From: an uncultured archaeon
GTDB taxonomy: Archaea > Thermoplasmatota > Poseidoniia > MGIII > CG-Epi1
Assembly: GCA_964389465.1 (NCBI GenBank)
Contig: CAYMDK010000005.1
Location: 22,169-86,168 of the forward strand
Length of the DNA stretch: 64,000 bases
Direction: 5' to 3'
Part shown: positions 55,069-63,126 of the stretch, piece after piece
Numbering within the stretch: position 1 is the stretch's first letter
Layout: the number at the start of each line of letters is the position of its first letter
Position numbers and translations under genes: made by a program
The notes under the pieces: generated by a model
What the model was told of the DNA's origin: nothing
Seen by the model: the letters and a program-made list of their open reading frames with translations, nothing else
Databases searched by the model: none

Positions 55069-58000
55069 ATGCACAATACCAACCTGAACACGCCAGTAAA
55101 GCTCGCGCTGCTGTTTGCAGTGGGGCTCGCCATGCTCGCATTCATGCCATCGGCAGAAGCGGCAGAGTCATTCACCGTAGATGTTTCACCATCTACCCAG
55201 AACGGTGAACCCGAGGAGACGCTGACCTACACAATCACTGTCGAGAACACGGGTGACAATGATGACTCCTATAACCTGACTATCACTAGCACCAACCGCT
55301 CGGGCTGGAAGGAATACATCCTGCCCACTTCGCTGGATGTCAAGGACGGGCAGTCGGAAACTGCCACACTCTATGTCGAGATTGGTGACCGCGATGACGC
55401 GCCCGCGGGCGTGACTGAGTTCATCACCTTCAAGGTCGAGTCGGTTGACCTCAGTTCCGGTGCCAAGAGCAAGTCAGTGACTGCCAAGGTAACACAGGTC
55501 TATGGTAACAGCCTGTCAGTTAACGGCACTACCACGCAGAAGACCGACCCGGATGAAACCGTGACGTTCGCCATCAAGGTAACCAACGACGATGGCAACG
55601 GTGAGGACACAATCACGTTCAGCCAGACCAGTTCGGGAACCGATGACTGGTCTTTCGTCTTTCCCGGGAGCATAACTCTCGACAAGGATGAATCCACTGA
55701 AATCTCATTCTCGGCGACCCCCGATATCAACGCCCTCGCCGGGCTGAAGAGCATCAGCCTCTTCGCCACTTCCGAGGATGGCGATACCAAAACCTCGGTA
55801 ACGATAACCGTGCGCGTGAACAAGCTGCCTGACCTGAACGTGGTCAAGGTTGGCACGAGCGCTCAGGATGTTGAAGCGGGCAAGCGGGTCTATTACTCGT
55901 TCTCAGTGACCAACAAGGGGAACGCAGTTGATTCATACGACCTTTCTATCGAGAACGGCAGCTGGTACGACAAGGGCTGGGAAGCTTCGCTTGACAGCGA
56001 GGAAATCAGCAGTCTCGACGTTGATGAGACCATCAACCTGACCGACGTACTGGTCATCAAGGCGCCCGCGAACGCCGCAGCCGATGAGGAAGTGACCATC
56101 AAGGTCAAGGTCTCATCGCAGGAAAACTCTTCGGTCTACAAGACCTACACTTCGCGCACCACGGTCCTGCAGGACTTCGAGCCGAAGCTGAAGGTGATTG
56201 GTGGAGACACCCAGTCTGCCGAGCCCGACGTGGAGGTCTCCTACACGATTAACATCACTAACGAAGGTAATGGCGAGGATGATATCACCCTCACGCTCCA
56301 CGGCGGCAACGCCACCTGGGGAACTCTCGCGGAATCTTCCTTCACCCTCGCCGCTGGCGAGAGTGACGAGACCACGCTGCGCGTCACCGCTCCTGACGGG
56401 ACACTGGCGCAGAACGGCTACACGATTACTGTCCGCGCCACTTCCGAGGATACTAGCACTCGCGCCAACCGCAACGTCTTCCTGAACGTCCAGCAGGTGT
56501 TCGAGGTTTCTGTCTCGGTTTCGGGCGATTCGACCAAGAATGGCGACCCCGGCGATTCGCTCTCGTACGTGATTACGGTCAAGAACAAGGGCAACGGCGA
56601 GGATACGGTCAACCTGGCCCTTGAGGGCACCGAGGCCGACTGGGGCTCGATTGTTGAGGACGTTGACCTCGACGCAGGGCAGTCCACTACTGTCAACCTG
56701 ACGGTCAGCATCGATGAGGAAGCTAACTTCGGCGACTATACCATTACCGTTAACGGCTCCTCGGATGAGGCTACCACCGACACCTACGACACCACTTCGG
56801 TGACTGTCACGGTCAACAAGGAATACCAGGTTGACCTGCTGATTAACGAAGCCCAGAAGAACGGCGATGCCGGCAGCTCCGTAGTTTACGATATCATAGT
56901 CAAGAACAAGGGTACAGGTGAAGACACCATCCGCCTCTCGGTGCCCACCCTGCCCTCCCTCTGGACCGCCAACTTCAACGAGACCGAAGTTGACATCGAG
57001 GCTGGCGAGGATGCGCTGGTGAACCTTACAGTTGCAATTAAGGAAAAGGAGGACAACCGGGCCTTTTATGTCAACATCACCGCCATTTCCATTGGCGCCA
57101 AGGATGAGGACAAGGACGTCAACGCCACCGCCTCGACGATTACCACGGTCAACCAGTACTACGAGTTCCGCATGACCTCTGCGCTGACCTACACCAGGGC
57201 AGACCCGGAGGACACCTTCACCGTCGACATCCTGATTGACAACAAGGGTACTGGTGATGACACGGTTAACCTCGAAGTTACCGGCCCCGAGAACGCGACC
57301 GGCTGGGTTACCGACATTACGCCTTCGGTCGAGGTCCCCGAAGGAGAGAACCGCACCGTGACCCTCACCGTTACTGTCTCGGAAGACGCGGTCAAGGATT
57401 CCTACTACATCACTGTCACTGGCGCTTCCTCTGATCAGGCGTCCGAGACGCACGCCGTCACCATTCAGGCCGATGTCAGCCAGCGCTACGAGGTACAGAT
57501 GCTGCCCCGTACGGAGACCAAGGCGGCCGAAGCCAACGACATGCTGGAATTCTCGATTACCGTCAAGAACAAGGGTACCGGCGAGGACACCTTCGACCTC
57601 GAGCTGGGCGGTGAGGTCGGCGTCAGCTGGGGCTCGCTCTCCAACGTCAGCCTCACGATTGCCGCAGGCGATTCTGCGGACGTTGTCCTGACAGTCGAAG
57701 TACCGGCCGACGCTCAGCCCAAGTCCGAGGGTGCATACGAAATCCTTGTTAACGCCACTTCGGTCGACAATGCGACTGCGGTCGACTCGGTTGTACGTTA
57801 TATAGACGTCGAGAAGAAGAATCTGGACGTCGAGGTAACTGCCGAGTCCTCAACCGCGCAGGCCGAACCGGGCGATGATGCCTTTTTCGACGTCAATGTC
57901 AAGAATGTCGGGAATGACGTTGACATTGTCACGCTGACTTTCCCGACTGACAGCCGCCAGTGGGCTACTTTTGTTACCAGCGGGACTGATACGCATACGG

Positions 58001-61000
58001 TAAACCTGACGGTGAACCAGCAGAAGACGGTCCGCATCAAGGTCTCCCTGCCGGAATACGCCAACGCGACCGGACAGGACAAGAGCGCGCTGGAGGCCAG
58101 CAGCTACCAGGTCACAATCAAGGCGACTACCGGCGACGGCAGTCGCTGGGAAACGGCGTCTCTCAGCACCAGTATCCAGCAGATATACGGTGCCGAAATC
58201 ACGGCGCAGGGCGCCAGCAGCGTCATAACCTTCCCTTCGACCGAGTCGAGCGCCAGTGACCGCGAAGAGAAATTCACCTTCAAGCTCAAGAACCTGGGCA
58301 ATAAGCAGGACACAATCGATGTCGAGGTGAGTGGCTCCGGCTCTACTTTCCCTGATGAGTGGACGGCTTCAATACACACTAGTTCAACCTGCTCCGGTAC
58401 GTTCAGCGGCTCTGTAAGTGCTGGCTCTTCCAAGACTTTCTACCTCTGTATTACGCCCGACCAGGATTCGGAGCCGGGCAACTATACTGTATTTGTCGAA
58501 GCCACTGCGCGAAACGGTGCCGAGGAACCGGTCACCGACAGCGTAATGGTCGAAGTGCGTGACCCGACCCGCAGCCTGACGCTCGCCTCGGACGAGCCGG
58601 GAATTATTCTGGCACCCGAACAGGGCAACGACGAGAAGAACACTGCACGTTTCAAGATCGTGATTACCAATACCGGCAGCCATGACGACAAGTTCATCGC
58701 CGAGCTGGATGAGGTACTTGGCAGCGGCTGGACCACCGACTTCTACACCAAGAACACCGGCTCGACCGGCGACAAGTGGTCCACCAGCGGCGAAGATATT
58801 GAGGATGGCCAGACCGACGACCTCTGGTTCATCGTCGAGGTTGACCCCGATGAAGTGGATGAGGGCAACTACACCATGTCGCTCACGATCAAGAATGCCG
58901 GCGAGGACATATCGCAGTCGATCAGCCTGACGCTGCAAATCAATGCTCCGCAGCGTGGCCTGACGGCGAGCGTGATTGATGAGTCCAAGGAAATCTCGCC
59001 GGAATACAAGGCGTCCGCCAGCTCCACCAAGAACATGGTCAAATTCAAGGTGAAGCTGGAGAACAGCGGCACCCACCCCGACAAGTTCATCCCCGAAGTC
59101 GAGTCAACGCTTGATGACGAGTGGGAAGTGAGTTTCTATCAGGACAGCTCCAAGACGTCGCCCTGGTCAACTTCCTCGGGCGTTGAAATCGAGGCCAACG
59201 AGCTTGACGACCTGTGGGTCTTTGTCGAAGTTGATGATGAGGCTGACGAGGGCAACTACACTATCACCATCTCGGTCCGCAATGAGGAGGACGACCCCTC
59301 CGCCCGGCAGGAATTCACGCTGAACATTCATGTCCAGCGCTCCGACATCACCCTCTCCGCCAGCGATATCCAGCTAGAAGCGGATGGCGTGCTCGGTAAT
59401 GCCTCGGCCGTCAAGGACGGTGATACCGTGACCGTGCTGGTTGACGTTACCAATGAGGGTAACGCCGACGCGGACGACGTGCAGGTGGAAATCTTCTACT
59501 ACCCCAAGAAGGCGCCCGAAGACCAGAATGATATCGATGACCTCATCAACAAGGGCTTCGAGCTGGACGACGACAAGAACACCTACATCTATTCGCTCTT
59601 CAAGAAGCGCACCAACCTGAAGGCTGGTGCGACCAAGTCGCTTGCCTCCGATGACTGGCTTATCGAGGCTGGCGAGTGGTATGTCGAAGTTCGCGTTGAT
59701 TATGATGAGGATGACTCCGACAATGGTGAAATCCTTGAGAACAACGAGAACAACAACGACGCACGCTACGGCGAGCTGCTGCGCATCAAGCCCGACCTCA
59801 CCATCAGCGACCTGCGTGTCGACGCGCGTTTCGTGGGCCTCACGGCCAGGACACCCAATATCGATGACCAGGTTACCTTCACGGCGACCGTGACCAACAA
59901 GGGAGCGGCCGATGTTGACAATGCGCGGCTCTACATCACTGCCGACAGCAGCGACGAGAGCGGCGTCATCCTCAAGGACCGCGGCATCAAGGACCACGTC
60001 GAATTCAGCATTGATGCTGGCGCGACTGAGACCATCCGTTTCCGCTGGAAGGCGGTGAGCGGTGAGTGGACCACCTTCCGTGCTGACGTCAACCCGAGCT
60101 GTGACGACTTCGCCATCAACATCTTCGACTGCGAGCAGCAGGGTGACGGCGACGGTGGCGACACCGACCACATGTATGACGAGTTGAACCGCTACAGCGA
60201 CAACACCTTCCCTGCTGGCGGCGACGCGTTCCAGCAGGAGGGCGTCGAGGTCAAGTTCGACATCCTGCCTGACTTCAGCATCAAGGAGGTCAAGATGGAC
60301 CCGCGCGTACCCGAAGTAGGGGACGACGTTGAAATCACGGTCGTTATCGAGAATACCGGTAACGCCGACTGGAAGATTGGCAGCCAGCTACTCTCGCTCG
60401 TCTTCGATGATGGTGTCGGTAACACCATCACCACGCAGGTGAGCAGCGACATCAACGAGGGTGACGAGATCGAAGTCAAGTTCACCTGGAAGTTCCCCGA
60501 CGAGGACAAGGACTCACTGCTCCTCACCTACGAACTGGATGTCGGCAGCGGCAGCTGGGAGATAGACCAGACTGACAATTCCAATGACGAATACGAAGAG
60601 AGCGTCACGGTAATCCAGCCCGCAGTCGTGGGCGAGATTGCTGCCCTGGATGTCTTCAGCCGTGAACTGGTGCGTGGCACTGGCTTCAAGGTCTACCACT
60701 TCGTGGCGCTGATGTTCGTCGCCGTGCTCGCGATTGCGGTGCCGGTGGTTATCTCGCGTCGCATGCGCCGGGGAGCTGCTGCGGTCGAGGAAGATGATGC
60801 AGCGCCCGAGGCAGTCGCCGAGGCGCCGCTCGCCAAGATCGGGCTCGCAATCCAGTCGGCGGTCGACGGCAAGACGGCCAACGTCAAGGTCCCCTCCGAC
60901 ATGCCGATCGAGCGGCTCATCCAGAACTGCGTCGAGAAATTCCCGCTGCCGCACGCCAACTTTGCGGCACATGTGAACGGTGAGGCGGTCGATTCAGGCC

Positions 61001-61065
61001 TCTCGCTAGTTGACGCGGGGCTGGTCGACGGCTCTGAAATCCAGCTGGTTTCGCTCGAAGAGTGA
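55069..61065 (+). CDS. Giant (~2000 aa) cell-surface protein: signal peptide, ~12 NEW3/COG1470-like beta-sandwich repeats, 3 CARDB-like modules, TM anchor, cytoplasmic ubiquitin-like tail
   Basis: ATG 55069 (MHNTNLNTPVKLALLFAVGLAMLAFMPSAEA); the track uses GTG 55039. The repeat core recurs as TYTITVENTGDNDDSYNL, SYVITVKNKGNGEDTVNL and EFSITVKNKGTGEDTFDL. TM helix at 60691-60753. See findings for the tail. Confidence 0.9.
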   Translation: MHNTNLNTPVKLALLFAVGLAMLAFMPSAEAAESFTVDVSPSTQNGEPEETLTYTITVENTGDNDDSYNLTITSTNRSGWKEYILPTSLDVKDGQSETATLYVEIGDRDDAPAGVTEFITFKVESVDLSSGAKSKSVTAKVTQVYGNSLSVNGTTTQKTDPDETVTFAIKVTNDDGNGEDTITFSQTSSGTDDWSFVFPGSITLDKDESTEISFSATPDINALAGLKSISLFATSEDGDTKTSVTITVRVNKLPDLNVVKVGTSAQDVEAGKRVYYSFSVTNKGNAVDSYDLSIENGSWYDKGWEASLDSEEISSLDVDETINLTDVLVIKAPANAAADEEVTIKVKVSSQENSSVYKTYTSRTTVLQDFEPKLKVIGGDTQSAEPDVEVSYTINITNEGNGEDDITLTLHGGNATWGTLAESSFTLAAGESDETTLRVTAPDGTLAQNGYTITVRATSEDTSTRANRNVFLNVQQVFEVSVSVSGDSTKNGDPGDSLSYVITVKNKGNGEDTVNLALEGTEADWGSIVEDVDLDAGQSTTVNLTVSIDEEANFGDYTITVNGSSDEATTDTYDTTSVTVTVNKEYQVDLLINEAQKNGDAGSSVVYDIIVKNKGTGEDTIRLSVPTLPSLWTANFNETEVDIEAGEDALVNLTVAIKEKEDNRAFYVNITAISIGAKDEDKDVNATASTITTVNQYYEFRMTSALTYTRADPEDTFTVDILIDNKGTGDDTVNLEVTGPENATGWVTDITPSVEVPEGENRTVTLTVTVSEDAVKDSYYITVTGASSDQASETHAVTIQADVSQRYEVQMLPRTETKAAEANDMLEFSITVKNKGTGEDTFDLELGGEVGVSWGSLSNVSLTIAAGDSADVVLTVEVPADAQPKSEGAYEILVNATSVDNATAVDSVVRYIDVEKKNLDVEVTAESSTAQAEPGDDAFFDVNVKNVGNDVDIVTLTFPTDSRQWATFVTSGTDTHTVNLTVNQQKTVRIKVSLPEYANATGQDKSALEASSYQVTIKATTGDGSRWETASLSTSIQQIYGAEITAQGASSVITFPSTESSASDREEKFTFKLKNLGNKQDTIDVEVSGSGSTFPDEWTASIHTSSTCSGTFSGSVSAGSSKTFYLCITPDQDSEPGNYTVFVEATARNGAEEPVTDSVMVEVRDPTRSLTLASDEPGIILAPEQGNDEKNTARFKIVITNTGSHDDKFIAELDEVLGSGWTTDFYTKNTGSTGDKWSTSGEDIEDGQTDDLWFIVEVDPDEVDEGNYTMSLTIKNAGEDISQSISLTLQINAPQRGLTASVIDESKEISPEYKASASSTKNMVKFKVKLENSGTHPDKFIPEVESTLDDEWEVSFYQDSSKTSPWSTSSGVEIEANELDDLWVFVEVDDEADEGNYTITISVRNEEDDPSARQEFTLNIHVQRSDITLSASDIQLEADGVLGNASAVKDGDTVTVLVDVTNEGNADADDVQVEIFYYPKKAPEDQNDIDDLINKGFELDDDKNTYIYSLFKKRTNLKAGATKSLASDDWLIEAGEWYVEVRVDYDEDDSDNGEILENNENNNDARYGELLRIKPDLTISDLRVDARFVGLTARTPNIDDQVTFTATVTNKGAADVDNARLYITADSSDESGVILKDRGIKDHVEFSIDAGATETIRFRWKAVSGEWTTFRADVNPSCDDFAINIFDCEQQGDGDGGDTDHMYDELNRYSDNTFPAGGDAFQQEGVEVKFDILPDFSIKEVKMDPRVPEVGDDVEITVVIENTGNADWKIGSQLLSLVFDDGVGNTITTQVSSDINEGDEIEVKFTWKFPDEDKDSLLLTYELDVGSGSWEIDQTDNSNDEYEESVTVIQPAVVGEIAALDVFSRELVRGTGFKVYHFVALMFVAVLAIAVPVVISRRMRRGAAAVEEDDAAPEAVAEAPLAKIGLAIQSAVDGKTANVKVPSDMPIERLIQNCVEKFPLPHANFAAHVNGEAVDSGLSLVDAGLVDGSEIQLVSLEE

Positions 61066-62240
61066 TTGACGCACTGGTTGTCGGCGCCGGCCCCTCCGGC
61101 AGCCGCGCCGCGTGGAAGCTGGCCGAGGCGGGCTATAGCGTCGCGGTCGCCGAGGAGGATTCGCGCGTTGGCGACCCGTGCCAGTGCGCCGGGCTCGTAA
61201 CGCCGCGCACCCTCGACTACCTCGGCTACCGCCTGCCAGTGCTGCAGGAGATGCGCGGAGCGCGAGTCTGGGGGCCGCACGACAGTTACCTCGAGTTCGA
61301 AGCGTCCGAGACCAAGGCGTTGGTGATTGACCGCCCCGGGCTGGACCGCTCGATTGCGGAGCGCGCCGAAAAAGCGGGCGCCGAAATCTGGACCTCGACG
61401 CGTTACACGCGCGGCTGGCGCGAGAACGGCGGGATGGTCGCCGAACTGCAGGGGCCGGATGGCCCGCGGCAGGTGCGGGCGCGGCTGCTGATTGGCGCCG
61501 ACGGCCCCGCCTCGCGGGTGGCGCGCGATGCCGGGCTGCACAACCGGCGCGAAGTGATGGCCGCCTTTGGGGGCGACATCAGCGGCTACGCGGCGCGCGA
61601 CGGCTACGTCGACCTCTTTGTCGGCTCCGAGCTGGCGCCGCGCTTCTTCGGCTGGGCTATCCCGACCGGCGGCGACACCGGTCGCCTCGGCGTTGCGACG
61701 ACGCTGCCGCACCGGCCGCGCAAGTTCTTCCGCGACTATTTCCGCCGGGGCGCGCCGTCGCGCCTGCTCGACGGCGCCAAGCTGACCGCGCGTGTCAGCG
61801 GGCTGATTCCCTTCGGGCTGCGTGAGCCCGCCTTCGCCGACCGCGTGCTGCTCACTGGCGACGCGGCGGGCCTCGCGAAGCCGACTTCGGGCGGCGGCAT
61901 CTACACCGGCCTCGTGAGCGCTGATGCGGCGGCCGAGACCGCCATCGCGGCGTTCGAAGCGGACGACCTCTCGGCGGGTCGTCTGGCGGTTTACCAGCAA
62001 ATGCTGCGCGACCGCATCGCTGGCGAGTTGCAATTGGGGGCACGGCTGCGGCGCGCGTTCCTGGCGCTGGACGACGAGCAGCTGGCCGAGATTATCGGGA
62101 TGCTGGGCGACCCGGCGGTGCTGGCCGCAATCCAGCGCGCGGGCGACCTCGACTACGCCTCACGGGCGGCGTTCGCGGTGCTTAAGGCGCAGCCGAAGCT
62201 GGTTAAGTTTGCCCCGCTGCTGCTGAAGCCATTTGTTTAG
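61062..62240 (+). CDS. Geranylgeranyl reductase family FAD-dependent oxidoreductase (paralog 2)
   Basis: GTG start in a GTGA overlap with the giant gene's stop. IDALVVGAGPSGSRAAWKLAEAGYSV, LIGADGPASRVAR, LLTGDAAGLAKPTSGGGIYTGLVS. Confidence 0.85.
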   Translation: MIDALVVGAGPSGSRAAWKLAEAGYSVAVAEEDSRVGDPCQCAGLVTPRTLDYLGYRLPVLQEMRGARVWGPHDSYLEFEASETKALVIDRPGLDRSIAERAEKAGAEIWTSTRYTRGWRENGGMVAELQGPDGPRQVRARLLIGADGPASRVARDAGLHNRREVMAAFGGDISGYAARDGYVDLFVGSELAPRFFGWAIPTGGDTGRLGVATTLPHRPRKFFRDYFRRGAPSRLLDGAKLTARVSGLIPFGLREPAFADRVLLTGDAAGLAKPTSGGGIYTGLVSADAAAETAIAAFEADDLSAGRLAVYQQMLRDRIAGELQLGARLRRAFLALDDEQLAEIIGMLGDPAVLAAIQRAGDLDYASRAAFAVLKAQPKLVKFAPLLLKPFV

Positions 62241-63056
62241 TCCGGGGTAGGTACCCTCTTCCTCAAGGTAGAAAACTACTGCCAGTCCGGCAAACATCAC
62301 TGTCAGCCCAATCATGACGTAGAGTGGCCACTTGGGAATCGGCTCCTTGACGCCGAAGCTCGAGTCGGGAATCACCCCGTCCACCTCCAGCGCGGTAAGG
62401 TTGATGTTGCCGGGCGCCCCGTCGGGGACGTCGGTCGTCGCTGCCTCCCATTCGGCCATCGACCAGTGGCCGCGCGAGAGCATGCTGCGCGTGGTGCCGT
62501 TGTGGTCGAACTCGAGCGTGAACTGCACGAAATACGTGCCTTCCGCCGTGCCGGTTTCGCAGCGGCTGCCGAGCAGCGTGCAGCGCAGCCACGACCGCTC
62601 TTCCGTGGAATGGATGTCGGTCGCGAAGCGGACGCTCTCGCCCGGCGCCAGCGTTCCCGGGCTGAAGGTCGCGCGCTGCGGCGCGGGCGCCGCAGCGCAC
62701 TCGCGTTCTCCGTCGGGGAGCCGCGTCCAGCAGCCCTCCTCGACGCGCGGCCGCGCGTCGGCCGCGACGGAGTCGATGGTTTCCGAGCCGTCGATGTCGG
62801 CGCGCATGTAGATTTCCATGCTGACGACGACGTTCTCGAGCGGCTCCGCGTAGCGGTTCGTCACCTCGAGCGTGAACGGGCCACTGCCTCCCGGCGCCAG
62901 CTGCGGGGTCGTGAAGTTGTGGAAGTCAGGGATATTGCCGGGGTGGCTGACGTAGGGGTCCCAGTCGGCCCCGCCCGGCTGCGCTACGAACAGCGCCAGC
63001 GCCAGCAGCGCCACGGCCGGCCTGAGCACGCTCCGCGGTGCCGTTTCCCCACGCAT
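62160..63056 (-). CDS. Hypothetical secreted protein with C-terminal TM anchor
   Basis: Signal-like LRPAVALLALALFVAQPGGA, a beta-rich ectodomain, a TM helix WPLYVMIGLTVMFAGLAVVFY, and a basic tail. Its last 81 nt overlap the 3' end of the convergent reductase gene. Confidence 0.65.
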   Translation of the reverse strand: MRGETAPRSVLRPAVALLALALFVAQPGGADWDPYVSHPGNIPDFHNFTTPQLAPGGSGPFTLEVTNRYAEPLENVVVSMEIYMRADIDGSETIDSVAADARPRVEEGCWTRLPDGERECAAAPAPQRATFSPGTLAPGESVRFATDIHSTEERSWLRCTLLGSRCETGTAEGTYFVQFTLEFDHNGTTRSMLSRGHWSMAEWEAATTDVPDGAPGNINLTALEVDGVIPDSSFGVKEPIPKWPLYVMIGLTVMFAGLAVVFYLEEEGTYPGLNKWLQQQRGKLNQLRLRLKHRERRP

Positions 63057-63126
63057 CGTCGCCCCACGGGGCCGGGGTTTTAACTCTCTGTCGAGAGACT
63101 TATATCCTGCCGCCGCTCGCGCCGCG

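Noticed and set aside
56113-57453. Long antisense ORFs inside the giant surface-protein gene (56113-57453, 58384-59076, 59374-60171) and inside the peptidase gene (28031-29197)
   Set aside because: They mirror the sense-strand repeat domains and give Val/Gly/Asp/Arg-rich translations without motifs. The sense frames have a signal peptide, domain repeats and catalytic motifs.
55069-60690. Repetitive architecture of the giant gene considered as a DNA tandem repeat or CRISPR-like array
   Set aside because: The repeats are ~105-125-codon protein domains that have diverged strongly at the nucleotide level. There are no short identical direct repeats with unique spacers anywhere in the window.
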